Notes under the pieces: model-generated
Told to the model about the DNA's origin: nothing
Seen by the model: only the letters and a program-made list of their open reading frames with translations
The model's database searches: none
Source of the DNA: Saccostrea echinata
Lineage: Eukaryota
Reading direction: 5' to 3'
Length of the DNA: 64,000 nt
Assembly (NCBI RefSeq): GCF_033153115.1
Contig: NW_026889785.1
Coordinates: 930,001 to 994,000 of the forward strand
Shown: positions 38,079 to 52,493 of the stretch, one piece after another
Layout: each line of letters opens with the position of its first letter
How positions within the stretch are numbered: position 1 is the first letter of the stretch
Position numbers and translations under genes: made by a program

Positions 38079-38373
38079 TTTGATTAAGTTCTACTTTGTT
38101 GAAAAAAAATAAAGATAGAAGAAACAGACGTGTTGTTGATTAACTATCAGAAAGTCCGACAGAAAATCGAGAGTGAAATGTTTATGATTGTTATCAGAAA
38201 ATCCGACAACAATCAAATCTAAATGAAAAAATGAGAAAAAAGATAGGAAATGATAGAAACCGCCATTGAATTTATTTTTTGAAAAAGAATTTTATTTGAT
38301 AAGAATAACGAAAAAACAAAGAAAAAAAATGGCGCGAAATATGAACACACAATGTCGCACTTAACCGATCGGG

Positions 38374-38393
38374 GAATCCTACCGGCGACGCCA
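38374..38393 (-). promoter_or_regulatory. Primer binding site, tRNA-Ser-like
   Basis: Reverse complement tggcgtcgccggtaggattc lies next to the 5' LTR; complementary to a tRNA 3' end GAATCCTACCGGCGACGCCA. Confidence 0.75.
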
Positions 38394-38394
38394 A

Positions 38395-38649
38395 TGTTGT
38401 GAAGTGCGTTAGTATAAGGGAGTACAATATTTAGTTAGTATAACTTGTGAAAATGGTGAGGGGTAACATAGGTTACAACCCACCTGAGCTGTGGACTCCG
38501 GACGGGACAGGTGTCAACAGACTTCCGTATACATCCAGGGTAAATTCACAACTGGTTTGATATGGTATTTCAGTGATCAGCTGATCGTGACGTATACAAA
38601 TATATACATCCCGAACCCGAACTATTTTATAAAACCTTTTATAACTACA
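38395..38649 (-). repeat. 5' LTR
   Basis: Near-identical to 30171-30425. Confidence 0.95.
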
Positions 38650-38689
38650 AACTTTCTAGTACTCTCATCACTAGTAGCAAAACGGATTT

Positions 38690-41140
38690 ATAAAAAATAT
38701 GGAAGTTGTATATTTGAAAGCAATCTGTATGAACTTGAGAAAAAGGATAAATATAAACTTAAGTGTGCAAGAAATAAACACAGATCGGAAATGACTAAGA
38801 AATTGAATTTTTTAAGCACAACAAATCCTAAAGAATATTGGAAAATTCTAAATACTAATGAGAATAAACCAAAATGTAATGCTGACATTCAGGGTCTTTT
38901 TAATTCTTACAAGGAATGCCGTAATCTAACTTCAGATAATGAAAGCCATTATGTATTAAATAAGGAAGATCTTCAACCTCTCTCAAATGTAGAATTAAAT
39001 CATGATATAAATCAACCTTTTACATTTGAAGAGGTATCTATATGTATACGCATACCCATCTATAAAAATAAGGGTGATAGTACTGATCCAAAGAATTATA
39101 GGCCAATTACCTCAATTAGTTGTCTGGGTAAATTTTTTACTTCTGTTCTGAATGATAGAATAAGTATAAATACAGAAAGCATTTCCCTTATATTGGAAAA
39201 TCAAGCTGGTTGGAAAGTGTTTTAGAATAATTAAAAATATGTACAAAAATATTAAGTCCAAAGTATTTTGTAATGGACAAAGCTCTGATTTTTGTACTGT
39301 TGGGGTAAGACAGGGGGAAAACCTGTCACCTATTCTTTTTTCACTATATCTTAATGATTTAGAAGAATTTCTTGTTGTAAATGATGTTAATGATTTATCA
39401 ACATTGTCAGATATAACAGAAAAGAGTATTGGCTTATATATGAAACGGTATGTCTTGTTATATGCAGATGATACTATTTTGCTCTCAGAAGACCAACATG
39501 ACTTTCAGCATCAATTAGATATTTTTTTCTAAATATTGTGAAAAATGACATTTAAAGGTGAATATTAACAAAACTAAGATTATTATTTTTGTCAGAGATA
39601 AAGTGAACCACAATATAGTTTTTAGATATAATGAAGTCCCATGGGAAGTTGTTAGCAAGTACAGATATCTTGGTATTACATTTTGCAAAAGTGTGTCATT
39701 TAATTTGAATATAAAAGAGTTTATGACAAAGCAACAAGAGCAATGTATGGAGTAATTAGCAAAGCCACAAGACACAATTTATCTATGAAATGCAAGCTTG
39801 GCCTCTTTGATAAAGTTGTTAAACCTAATTTGTTGTGAAGTATGGGGTTTTAATAAGTCCTTGTTAATTGAAAAACTACATCTTAAATCTTAAATGTGAA
39901 GTCATCTACTCCTAATTCAATGGTATACGGTAAACTGGGAAGATATCCAATGTTAATTAATATTAAGGTTAGAATGATTACTTTTTGGGCTAAGTTGATT
40001 GCATCAAACAATTCAAAAATATCTTCAAAACTCCTGAAACACATGGTGTAAATTTGTACAACAAATTTTAAATGAATGTGGTTTATCATATATGTGGAAA
40101 TGTAATACGATTAATGTCAAGTGATTAAAAAGTAAAGTATGTCATACTCTTATAGATCAATTTCAACAATCATTGTATAGTGAATTGTCCAATTCACCAA
40201 AAGCACTTAATTATAGGCTATTTAAGAGTACATTATCCTTTGAGAAATGTTTTGACATTTTACCAGTGAAATTTCTGAATTTTTTTTTTTATATTTAGAA
40301 AACTGATAACGCTAGGCTCCCTATTGAAACAGGGAGATGGCACGGTATATCTAGAGAATCAAGACTCTGTAATCTATGTAATTGTAAAGAATTTTGTGAT
40401 GAGATTCATTATTTATTCAATTGTACTGACGCAATATTAAAACAATCAAGGTCATAACATTTATCTAATTATTATTCTGTGAATCAGAATGTATACAAAT
40501 TTGAGAATCTGTTTAAAATTACAAAAAAGAAACAGTTGATAAAGCTATGTAAATTTATAGAAAAGATTATCGAGAGAGTTCGCTCTCCTGTTTAATTTTA
40601 CCAAGCAATGCGCATTGTCATTTATATGTAGATAGTGGTAGATATATCAGAAAATTGAGACTGGTTCAGGTTCAAATATTTGATAAGATGGTAAACAAAA
40701 ACCTGAAATATTACAATTACACACAACATATAGACGACATAAAACACATAGACGAACATTTAGACAGACATTTAAAACATACTATACTTTACTTAGGAAA
40801 CATTTTATAACTTAAAGTTCTTATCGGGACACATGAGCAAAGTAACAAATATTGCTATCTGTTTGGAAGTTACGTCTATCCAATTCAATGGCTAGGCAAG
40901 GAGTGCCCGATGTTAGTAAATGAAAGCCGGAATTTAGTGAATAGAATTGTAAAGTCATGTGACCAGTGTCTAAAACTAACAATACCACATTCACACAAAG
41001 TCTTTCATACCACATACTCACACATACGCAGCATATTTTGCATTCAATATTTTAATAGTACATAACCCTGGTTACATATATTTGTTTCAATTATTGTTTT
41101 CTACAACTGTAACCAGTTTTATGAGAATAAAGTCATTGTA
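38690..41140 (+). mobile_element. Degenerate non-LTR retrotransposon ORF2 (RTE-X-like) with 3' UTR
   Basis: NYRPITSISCLGKFF, GVRQGENLSPILFSLYLNDL, LLYADD and C-terminal RLPIETGRW...RLCNLC...DEIHYLFNC; many deletions. Confidence 0.8.
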
Positions 41141-42439
41141 TCGTGTGTTGTGTGTATGTAATTGTTAAATTAATGCAGTTCGTAAAAAGCCGACAAACCT
41201 GATCAATAAGTAATTTTGGATTTGTTTACGATGAATGTAAAAGCCATAATTTAGCATTACTAATTTTTCAGATTTGTTTCCCTTTTGTTAATAGCTACGC
41301 TTGCATATTTTATACGATGTGAAAGTAGAAATCTAGTATAGCAGTTGACGAAAATGATGTTGAGATCGGTATCTATCCGGTTCTTTTATCAAATTAACGA
41401 GAAATGTGTTTTTAATAATGTATTAAGCAACTGGAGTTCAGTGTCACAGTACTTTTTTTGTTTGCTTAAAGAACCAAAGCTGATTTGACTGACGATTTGA
41501 ACCCAAAGCTGATTTGACGGACGATTGCATGATCACAGTGCAGGTAAAAATAGATAAATACAATTATCATCACAGTATATATAATAATGACTTAAACATA
41601 TATCAAAAATTAATCCAACTCTTTTTTTTTCTACAGAACACTTATAAAAATATGTAAGGTTCGTATATATGTATATAAATATAGAACTTGCTGGCTATAA
41701 AAAAAATATGAAAAACTTTAAGGCTATACTACATCGTCTCGGGGATAATGACTTTCAGGTACAATTACCATGTACTGCTCTATGCAGCTTTAACTACTCT
41801 AAAGATCTGGTCTTATAAAACTATAAAACAGCAATAACCTGTACTTTAACGCATACTAACTGGATAAATACGTGTAATAACACTTTACTCGTCTTAGTTT
41901 GATCAGATTTTAAAATATTTGACAAAAAAAAATGAAATTTGCAATATGAGAAATAACGCTATTTTGAAAATTATGGCAGCTATTCTGAAAATGGCCGAAA
42001 CTTAAATGGCCAACAATATTTCCTTTTCAGGTAGTAAACGGTTTAAACCGCCCTTTCGCACAAACATTTAGTTAGTTTTATAGCTATTTGTTTAAGTTAC
42101 ATTTCAACTTAACATTTGCTCTTTTAATATTAATTATGCATTTAAATACTTTTTCAATCTAGGCCATTGTTTTTTCTCGTTTACTGTTTGCCACCATTTA
42201 TATTTCACGCAAGACCTGAACAAAATTTAAAATCTATAAAAAAATAATCAAAATATCACTCTGTCACATTTTTGCAACTCTTGGGAAACATTATAAATAC
42301 TGTTACATTTTAGTTCTAATGTATGATTTTTTAAAAAACAATTTTAAATTAAGCTGAATTTTGTTTGACTTCATACAAGGTTGCAAGTCATTACTTGATT
42401 AGAACACATATAAAAGTAAAGTTTTGCATTCTTAATATT

Positions 42440-43212
42440 AATAAACTTGGGTGTTTCAAAGAACACATGTGTCGCCTGCTATAGCATCATAAAAAGGAAG
42501 AGTAATAATCAATAGAAAGTTAGAAAAGTTACAATCAATAGAATTTCAAGTTATAATGAATAATTGAATTGAATTAACATTTCAAAAAAAATATTTATTC
42601 ATGAGTTCATTTCAACAATCTCCCATTTTTAACGAAGCCAAGTTGGTATATTGATCCAAACATCACAAGGTCTTTTCAGTCAATGCTTAAAAATACCTAT
42701 CTCGGGTTACGGAAAAGGTGTTGTGACAATCCGACTGTTAAGCATTTCAATTTTAGTTTGTGTGGTCAGTGTAGCTATTCCAGCTTGAATATAAGTGTTC
42801 TGAGGTTGTAAACATGTATATTAATGTTAGTTATCAAAGCCTCACCTCTCAAAATCTAAACTGAATGGTTTGCAGTATTCTTGATAAATAGATGTTAGGT
42901 GAACTCTAAAACTGATATCTTTTCAACATTTTTTTATGAGAAGCTGTACACTTGTCAACTATCACAGACCTACCGGGGGTACCTCTCAGAGGTCAAAGAA
43001 TATGTTTTTATCGGCACTATGGTGTATTTTGAAAAGTAGGTCAAAGTCAAGTTTAAAGGTCAAGATGTCAGTACCCCTGTTTTTTTCATGCAATATATGA
43101 TTAAGATATCAAATCCCACCTTTAACAGTTCTCAAGCTATTAAGTGTGATAGACGGTCAGGATGACAGACGGACGAATAGATGTCGCTCTATTCTTCAGG
43201 CGACACAAAAAA
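42440..43212 (-). mobile_element. HINE, reverse orientation
   Basis: tgtgtcgcctg near the left end pairs with caggcgacaca at the right end; gacagacggacg microsatellite. Confidence 0.6.
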
Positions 43213-43599
43213 TACCAAAAGACATTTAAATGGTAAGCATCATTTTCGCAAAGCCAAGGGTTTTCATTATGCTTTAGTCTCCACAAACAATGATAGAATA
43301 CACATCTTAAACTGGCCTGTATATGAGAAACCTTCTGGACGCACTAAATCTTAACTCTGGATTCTAGCCAATCAAGTAACGGTTTATAAGTTGTAGTTGG
43401 GTATCCATTGTTAACAAAAATGAAGATGTACACAAAAAAAAAAAGACTGAAGAACAGCAGAGAACACGGAGTAGCAAAACGTTTATAGATGATTGTTTGT
43501 CAGTTGTTTCTTTTAATGACGTAATGCGACATGAAAGATGTCTACTCATTGGCCCCGGGGGTGTAGCTTGGAAGAAACACCATATCAGCCACAGTTTTA

Positions 43600-43950
43600 T
43601 TTGATTGATTGATTGTTTGTTGTTTTACGTCCCATTCGAGTATTTTCACTCATATTGAGACATCCCCATATACCGGTGAAGGGCTTCAAATTTTGACCTT
43701 TATTCGGCATTCAGGGTCATTGAGCAGTGAGGGATCTTTATCGTGCCAACATCTGTCGTGACACGGGGTCTTGGGTTTTAAGGTCTCATCCAAAGGACCC
43801 TCAACTTTCACTTCAAAGTGCTGAGCGCATAGCGAAGGAACAGTTGCTACCCATTTTTTATTGACTAACATCAGTCGCGGCCGAGATTCGAATTCACGAC
43901 CTCCCAATCACGCAGCGAGCGCTCTACCGACTGAGCTACCTGAACGGTTT
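43600..43950 (-). mobile_element. Full-length tRNA-derived SINE
   Basis: Reverse complement head ggtagctcagtcggtagagcg...gtgaattcgaatctc; core ggatgagaccttaaaacccaagacc; (caat/caaa)n tail. Confidence 0.85.
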
Positions 43951-44289
43951 AGTTGTATTTGAGTAAGCTGTCCAGTTTTTTTTCGGGGTGGGGGGGGGGG
44001 GCAAAAACCCTTGGTTTGCTAAGATGGGTACGCATGGAACACCTTTTCCCTTTTTTTGGAGACAACATTAGCATTTAAAAACAATTTTGCATGTACATGT
44101 ATTACTTACTGTAATAAAAAGTTTAATGATCCAAGATAACCTCCTCCGTCACGAAATGTTGTTCGAAATATAAACGTCTCGGATCTAAATCTCGACTTTT
44201 ATATTTCCAAACAACATTTCTCGACTTCAAAGGTTATCCTGCAACATTCACGAGATACTGTACTGACTATAGACGATAAGGAAAGGAAC

Positions 44290-45915
44290 TAAATTGTATG
44301 ACAAACGAGATGATTTCAGCTTTTCCATTTTCAATTTTCCTTGTATGTAGCTTGCTCTTTGTACGACAAATTTTATAGCGATGCATGCTGCTTACTGATA
44401 AGTTTATGTTAAAGGGATTTCAACAGCCTCGTCGAAAGTCGGTATTTCGTAAATTCTATGGTCATTATAATTACTTTGTTAGCAAGTATGACCTATCATT
44501 GGGTCGTATTTCGGCTGATATCTTGCAATTGTTAGGCTTTTGTTTTTTTTTTATACTGAATTTTAGTACCGAAAAGTTCGTCTACCTGATCAATATATAT
44601 GCCCACGGTGGAAGTGAACGGTCAACAAGGGATACTTACTCCTCCTAGTCACCTGATCCCACCTCTGAAATTTCCAGGGGTCCATGTTTTATGATCTCTT
44701 CACATATTTGCATTATTTATAGATTTTTTGAGAACGATCACTGTTCGAACCTTCACCTTTTACATATCAGAGCGTGTGTAATATAATTGTTATGGGGCAT
44801 GTGTGTGTAAATTGCAATGAAGACCTCAAATAGTTGAATGACCTGACATCCCTAGGTACGGACAAGCCAAAGGGTATATAAAGCCAATCTTTGGATAAGA
44901 GAGAAAATCAGAAGTACACTCGCGGTACGCGTACACACCTCCACATCATCGCGGTTTGCGTTATTGGTATCACAAACTCGAGTTACTTCCTCCAATTAAA
45001 GAAAATTTATCTTGCCATAATTGTGATAATCATTCTAGGATTTACAGTTAGAAATAATTGTTAAATTATTTTTCAATATCTATGTGATCATTTTATCTTA
45101 ATCTAGTTTTTTTTTTATAAGTTATCCAAATTATAAATTCAAATTATGATCCGCGTCAAGGTGTGAGCGAGGTGAGAAAATTTTTAATAAACACCTGTTT
45201 TTATTTTCCAAGTCACCCTTTTCTGTAAATTTTTTATTCTATAAACGTTGAAAGAACTTTGCGTCTCCATATGATTAATTTCTCACAATTAATTTCATAA
45301 CTAAAAGATATCCGTATATCGTTGAACTTTTATGATCTTTGAATCTGTACATATTTCTCAAGTTTAAAATTTGTCACATGATATACAGCCGGGTTAATAT
45401 CGTCGCTTTGGTCGAACACAGCAGAGACCCAATATATAAATCAGATTTTCCATCGTTAAGTCTCCTCATTAATATAGTAATAATCCGCTATCAACAGCAT
45501 ATGGCGTTCATTCTATACGCACTAATAAGCTCTGAGTATAAATAATTTTTAAACCGAGACAGGCTTTTGACAGATAAGTTGACGTTTAAGCGATTTCAAC
45601 AACCTCATTTAAAGTCAGCGTTTGATAAATTTTATGGTCATTATAATGACTATGTTGAAAAATATAGTTTATCATTGGATCGAATTTTGACTTCTTCCAT
45701 TTGTAAGGCCTTTCTTTTTATACTGAATTCGAGTACGGAATGTTCCGTCTGACTGATCAACACATAAGACTTACGGTCGGTGTGACCGATCATCAGGGAT
45801 CTAAGTATCTGATCTCACCTCTGAAATTTCCGGTTTCCTTTTTTATGCCCTGTTCACAGATTTGTAATTTAAATAGATTTTTTTTTTAGATAAATCACTT
45901 TTCACCTTTTTCATT
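44290..45915 (+). mobile_element. Two Penelope-like 3' fragments (~44290-44765 and ~45550-45915)
   Basis: LLTDKFMLKGFQQPRRKSVFRKFYGHY and TDKLTFKRFQQPHLKSAFDKFYGHY, each followed by the 3' motif. Confidence 0.75.
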
Positions 45916-47419
45916 GTAAAATTATATACTCATGATTTAAATCCATTCCATTGGAAGATAAACTTCAAATTATACTATAAATTCGATGCAAAAAGCCATC
46001 CAATTCTGTAAAAACACAATACATGGACATATGTTCCAATTATTCCTGAGAATAAGGTAAGGGGCGTAAGCTGAAAAAAGCGAAATTTTGACAAAACGTA
46101 GAAATCTATCAAGTTTAACTTTAAACTTCATATCCTCAAACCAAATGATCCAGAATGAGGAATTAATAACATATGCAGATAACGAACAGTAATTAAGCTC
46201 ATAAATCCATTGTGGCAATGCACTAAAGTACAATAAATTTGGAACAAAATCAACGCACTTTGAAAATTAAATTCAATGTGCGTAAAATTTGGGACAAAAT
46301 CAACGCACTTTGAATTTTTTTAAAAAGTTCGTTAAGAGTGTACATCAACATTTTAACTATGGAGACACTCAACGCACTCTGAAAAAACTATGGAGACACT
46401 TAATGCACTCTGAAAAAATATGTATAAAATTAAAATTCTGGACTCGGGAACGAGGAGAAGACAGGTATTCAAAATGTATCCACAATGATTCCTCAGAAAA
46501 AAAATGGCATTTCAGGGTAACTAAAACATGCTTTTTGACATGTCTAGCCTTTTTATGATATCAAATTACAGATTTAGAATTATTCTGACTGCATAACTTT
46601 CGCTTACAAGATTTTGTTGAGAAAAAGTTATTAGTGAACGAGGTAAAAATTTCAGTCGAGTGAGTAATGTGGCTAAAGCTTATTTTTTTTAACCATCAAA
46701 TAAATGAATCAACCATTGTTTCATATATGTTCACAATAGAAAGATAGATGAATATAATCGATTGATAGATAGATAGACTGATATATAGATAGATTTTAGA
46801 GAATGAGAGATAGAGAGAGAATTTTCATGGTATGGAAAAATCATAATTGCTCCCTTTTCCCTAAGAAAAATGCGATGCTTTAAGTCACTTATTGACCCCT
46901 ACTTATTTCAGACTGGATAAAATAAAAGAGAAACGAAATTGTGCTATTAAACAATCATTCTTTCATCATTTCTAAAAGACCCATTTTCCTTTTATAACAT
47001 TTACGAGAACCTTCGGGAACAAACCAACCTCTAAAAGTCTTTATAACGTCTATATCTCAGATCCTGAAGTGACTTCATCACCGAAAAGTTATCTAACTAG
47101 ACTCAAATAATTATTTATCATACCCAAAGTTGCACGAATATAAAACAAGCCTTGCACGTTTTTTTTTTTTTTTTTTTTCAAAATAAGTTAATATGGTAGA
47201 TATTAACGCACTTTGAAAAGAAATATTTTTTGTCAGAGTGCGTTAACTTGGTCCCAAAATTAACGCACTTTGAATTTATTTTCAAACGTTATAACAGTCC
47301 ATTGAAACAATACAAATCGGTACACTCAGGGATTCTCTCCTTCATGTACAATACACAGGATTTTATGAATGTAACAACTGGGAGACATAAACCCGATGTG
47401 CAAGTGATAAGGGTCATAT

Positions 47420-48040
47420 TTCTACATATGTGAGGGAGGTTGACAATAGAATAGGTGAAGTCATCACGTTTATAATAAAGTTTTATATTTAGGGTACCAT
47501 ACACGTCTTTTTCAAGTAAAATATCCAAATATAAAACAGAGTCAGACTCTATTGCATCTTTTATTTCATGTTCACTGTGATATATAGAGTCAACATATGA
47601 ATGGAAGAAACTATTGTTATTTGATAATAAGTCGTCGATATATCTAAATGTCGAGTTGAAGGCCATAGCAGATGTATAAATTTTTAAATAAATTTATCTT
47701 CATATGAATACAAAATTTGATCTGCTAATATCGGGGCGCAATTGGTACCCACGGAAATTCTAAGAAGTTGTTTAAAAACTTGATCTCCAAAAAACTACAA
47801 AGATATTCTCAATCAGAATCTAAAGCATATTTTTCATATCAACTGCAGAGTACTTTTGTGTACAATCAGAATGTTGTTAGCAAAAAGATTTTGCAAATGG
47901 CCAATAACAGGGTAAATAAATTTAAGAGATTATTTTATTGAAAAATAAGCTTCCTGTAATTTCAAAAAGGTTTGACTTCAATTTCTCGTGGGGAATGGTT
48001 GTATGAAGTGTTTAAAAGTCATTACGTTTTGATGTTTTGA
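47420..48040 (-). mobile_element. Penelope-like RT core fragment
   Basis: AFNSTFRYIDDLLS...LYLDILLEKD...KRDDF; upstream GIPMGTNCAP-like remnant (GTNCAP visible). Confidence 0.8.
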
Positions 48041-48608
48041 TTTCCATCTCCTTAAAAGTTCCTTTGAGTTTTTAAGTATTAACATCTGATTTAATCCCCT
48101 TTTCGAATATACTGATTAAAATTTAAATTAAATAAAAATGAACAGGGAATCATTGTATTGTTTAAATTAAAATCTGATTTGTAAGTATTCGGCGTTAAAA
48201 GATAAAACGGAATCAAAACACACAATGAAGATTCAGAAAATAAGACACAAATGTTACATTTGAAAATGGTCTCTTTGTTGGTCGTGTAGTTTGCCGTCTA
48301 ATGGAAGCATTTGCCATTTAAGGAAAACTTTAATTTTATATAATCATTTGGACATTTTTTGTGTTACAGCGTATCAATTCTTGCGAGTTAATCTGAATAT
48401 CTTAACCTTTTTATCTGAAAATAATTCTAAGGAGAATAAGTGCAGTCGTTACTTTGTTAACAAAACGGCTTTTATTATTATTTTTTTTTATACCAAATTA
48501 ATTTTGATGGTCTTTATATATTTAAATCCTCCGTTTAAAAACAAGTATAAAACAATTCTATGTATATTGATGTTTTTTTTTTTTAATTTTGTTTACAGTA
48601 TCTGTGTC

Positions 48609-49140
48609 ATGAATCTCCGAAACAGTGATCCTCTCTGTGCCCTGTGTAACGCACCTGCATTACAGAGTTATTGTAGTACTTGTCATATTTATGTATGTAC
48701 CTCCTGTCTACAGTATCATATTTCAAAAACACACAATGTTGTACCATACAAAAAAAGAAATTTTATGCATAAGTACCCAAAATGTCCAAACCACACCAAG
48801 GAACATTGTGAACTTTACTGTGAGAAATGTGACATTCCCGTCTGTTTTAAATGCATCATTCTTGGTAAACATAATGGTCATCACCTCACAAATATTACGC
48901 AAAAACTCAGTTCAACATCAGAAACAATCCCACCTCAAAGGTTTATGGCATATATGAAAAAAGGAAAGACTGCAGTTCGCCACGCTCGAGGAATCGTGGT
49001 AGGATGTGCTGGAGCTGGCAAAACGTCACTTTTATATAGACTATTGGGAAAAAGTCTTGACGAAATAAATAAAATAGAATCGACTAAAGGACTTCATGTC
49101 TACGAACACATTTTTTTGGTAAAAAATGACGAATTGATTG
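48609..49140 (+). CDS. Roco-like B-box-Roc-COR-HEPN-CaaX gene, coding exon 1 (two B-boxes, Roc G1/G2)
   Basis: Acceptor ttacag|48599; ATG at 48609; CALC..YCSTC..VCTSC..H..H and CPNH..LYCEKC..VCFKC..H..H; GCAGAGKTSL; donor g|gtaag. Confidence 0.85.
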
Positions 49141-49213
49141 GTAAGAGTTATTTTATATTTTATTCATTTATCTAAGTTTAACAATGAAATCAATTCTGCC
49201 ACCGGACTTCATG

Positions 49214-49215
<2 letters not shown>

Positions 49216-49291
<76 letters not shown>
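49216..49291. repeat. (TA)n microsatellite
   Basis: Direct observation. Confidence 0.95.
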
Positions 49292-49294
<3 letters not shown>

Positions 49295-51419
49295 CACTAA
49301 AAATGACCAACGACAGGAACAATAGAAATTGTCAAATTTTCGGGACGTCCTGTCCCTTCCTCAGGACAAAGTAAGAAGTTAAGAAGTCATAAAAATAAAA
49401 GAAATAGAAAAACAAAAACGGCTAGTACTACTACTAAACTACCAAATACTATTTATTTACAATGTTACATGTTTATTTGAAGTTTATAATCAGTTGTAAA
49501 GAAAGAAATCCGGACCGCTATGAAATACGTCCGGTCTCTCGGGTGTACTCTGGTAAGGTGCGATTTACTTAATTGAACGAATCAATTATCGCTAATCAAT
49601 TACGGCCAAGCAGTAAATCGTACACTGTCTTATTCTCTCAAAATAGCGTAACTTTACTTGATAAACAGAAACCAAAGAGAAATAATTTAGATGCATTATA
49701 CATGTCATTTGGAAATGTTTTAGGACTGTTTATCGGATAAAAGAAATAATTAACAAAAATGTAAGCAAAAAATCTGTGCGTGGGTTGTTCAAATTCGGAT
49801 AAGTTATCTGGGTAAAATCTAGGAAAAAATTTTTTTTTTTCTTGAGTTGATTTTTTCAAAAATTGAGAATTGTTAATTGAGTTTGATCATGTAACACCTA
49901 TTATAAGTGAATATTGAGAGTTTTTCAACAATTTTTAGCATTTTTAAAAAAGTGAATTCTAAATGTACCCATGGTTTTTAATTACTTAGAGATATATTAT
50001 AAATTGTTTCTTTATAGTAGAGGTGGCAACAATGTGTCATGTTTTTTTGTGAGAATGGTTTGTTTGTTTTTATTGGTCTTTATGGGCTCAATATAAATTC
50101 AAAGTACCTGAAAATCTCAATTTCCCCAATCTTTTCGGCTGTTACCATGGCAACCAAGACACATAGCAAACACATTTTTATGAAATATGTTTATAGTGTC
50201 AAGTTGTAATAATGATAAAACTTTCATCAAAGTTGGAGAAAATGCGTGGCAAAGAAGTTTAAGTATATACCAAGAATAGATCTTTAACTTAAGAAATAAA
50301 TCTGACAATATGAACTTTAGTAGTAAAGGGATGCAAAAAATATTCGGGTAGCCCATCTCTTTCCTATTGACTGTTTTTACGAACTTTGTAGAGCTTAGTG
50401 ATATTTTTTCACATTTTGAAAGAATATAAAAGAGATATTTTGTTGCAGTGTAAAAGAATATCAGAAGTATGGCAAAACTCTCAATTTTCCTTACCTTCCA
50501 AAAAAATGTTGTAAAATTGTAAAACAATACCCACTGGCCTCAGTGAAAGTGGAGAGAAAGTAAAAATCTATAATGACAAGGATTAATCTGCCAAGGTTTC
50601 TCTGTTGTGAAAAAAGACAGAAGTATTTTCCTGTCCGGAAACATTATATTACGCATTGGCATGTGAACATTAACCCCCCCCCCCCCCCTCACACATACAC
50701 AGTAAGTACACCAGAGCCCAGTGATTTTTTAAGAAAGTTTTTTTTATTTAACTAGACATACCATTTATCCAGTACACATGCACTTGCAATATTTCTTGTA
50801 TAAAAATACCAATATGGACCCCACTCACAGTGCTTTTCTCTTAAAAAGATGGATATTTATTGGGTGGCCCTCAGATCTATATCTTTGGCGGCCGCATGAA
50901 ATTTATATGGTCATTAATTGATGTGGCGACCGCCTGATAAGTTTCATGTGACTACTAGAAATATTTATTTTGTGATCGCCAGATGTCTTTATTTGACGAT
51001 AAATTTATCTGGCGGCCGCCAAATAATATTATTTTTATCTGGCACCTACAGGCTTCCGTATAGAATAAACTGGAACACATTGACAATTTCATTACACGGT
51101 TACAGCCTAAAATATTTACCAAAAATATGATGACACATTATTTGCGATAAACAAGGTACATGACGTTTGAGGCCGATTTTTTTTTTTTACATAAAATTTA
51201 CGGACCATTTTTATTATTTTTAGAGCAGGAATCATATACAGAAAATGTATGAATTCTTCGAAACACCTCTTCTCAGCTCCAGGGTATTCACCTAAGAAAG
51301 TTTTAAATGCATGGTTATGACAAACAGGGGTGCCTTTTCTAAAGTTGTTAATTTTCTGGAAACTTGGTTAGGGGTTCTGGTGTGACAGCAGAGCTTAATT
51401 GATCATATAGTGAAAAAAA

Positions 51420-52075
51420 TAAATATGAAGATGTCAAATAGTAATTAGGCTCAAAGTCCATTGGAAGAATACTACATGTTGTAATGCGAGCAGAGCAAAC
51501 ACAGATGTCTCAAAGATCAGAGGATGGATCAGGTGCCATGGAACAGTAAACATCCCTTGTAGACCAGTCACTCAAGCCGTGTGCTAATTGACATGATCAA
51601 GCAAACGGAAAAAATCCGTACAAAAGTCATGGTGAAAAAAATGGCCTCACAATTTGCATAGAAAACGTCATTCAACATTTGACTTAACGATAGATTGTAT
51701 TTGCTTACAAGGTCATTGTATCGACCATGGAATTTTCATTATGTTGACTTTAAACGGGACTGTTGATATCTTTGTATCATCAGCTTACTTAACAATATCT
51801 TGCCTCGTTTAAGTAATTATTCGAATGTAGAGCATGACGTTGCTACATTTATGATGGAAGGTGATAACAGAAAAAGATACAATCATTACGTTTATCATAA
51901 AGATTTGTTGTTAGGTTGCCATTAAAGCCTTTTCCTGTAAAATAACCAATTATTTAACAGATGTGTCGGACTCTATGGTGTCCTTTATTTTGCGTCAAAA
52001 GGATATATTGAATCAACGTACGAATGAGTATGAATATTGTTTATTGATAAAAGGTCGTCAATATTGTTGGAAGAT
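51420..52075 (-). mobile_element. Penelope-like 3' fragment in intron
   Basis: Reverse complement of the RT C-terminus and the conserved 3' motif (gatcaggtgccatgg...). Confidence 0.7.
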
Positions 52076-52493
52076 TTTATCTCCCAAAATTACATATAAA
52101 ATGTATTTTTCTTTTTAAAAAACGTCTTCTCTGTCTATGGGTATTTAGCAGATAAAATGACCGCATGGTTATGATTAGCAAGCATGCATCTTTCAAAATT
52201 CTGAAATTCATAGCCCCTAAGTCAGAGGTTTTTATGTAAGGGAGGGACTCAAAGATATCCGTTAACTATGAAAGAAACAGAACATACTGAAACGAAATGT
52301 TTTTGGAGGTCCGTGTTTGCTCTGCTTTCGATTTGTGTTGTTTAAATGGACTTTGAGCTTGAATACTGTTCGCTATATCCATATTTCACATAAAAATTAT
52401 GACATTGCTGTTCTAGAGAATCCACTTTTAAATAGTTAAGTTTGATATTCAAGTTTGCATTCTTATTTATGTTTTGGCCATGATACATTGTAG

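Larger units (their letters stand above)
30171..38649 (-). mobile_element. Ty3/Gypsy LTR retrotransposon with both LTRs, disabled by frameshifts and a nested insertion
   Basis: Two 255-bp TG...CA LTRs; 4-bp TSD aact (30167-30170 and 38650-38653); PBS; PPT; gag-PR-RT-RH-IN order. Confidence 0.95.

Noticed and set aside
43870-43945. tRNA-like sequence (also ~19900-19985)
   Set aside because: SINE heads continuous with the SINE body; no complete cloverleaf
48291-48598. N-terminal ~100 aa of the 294-aa ORF
   Set aside because: Low-complexity AT-rich sequence upstream of a clear splice acceptor at 48598; intronic
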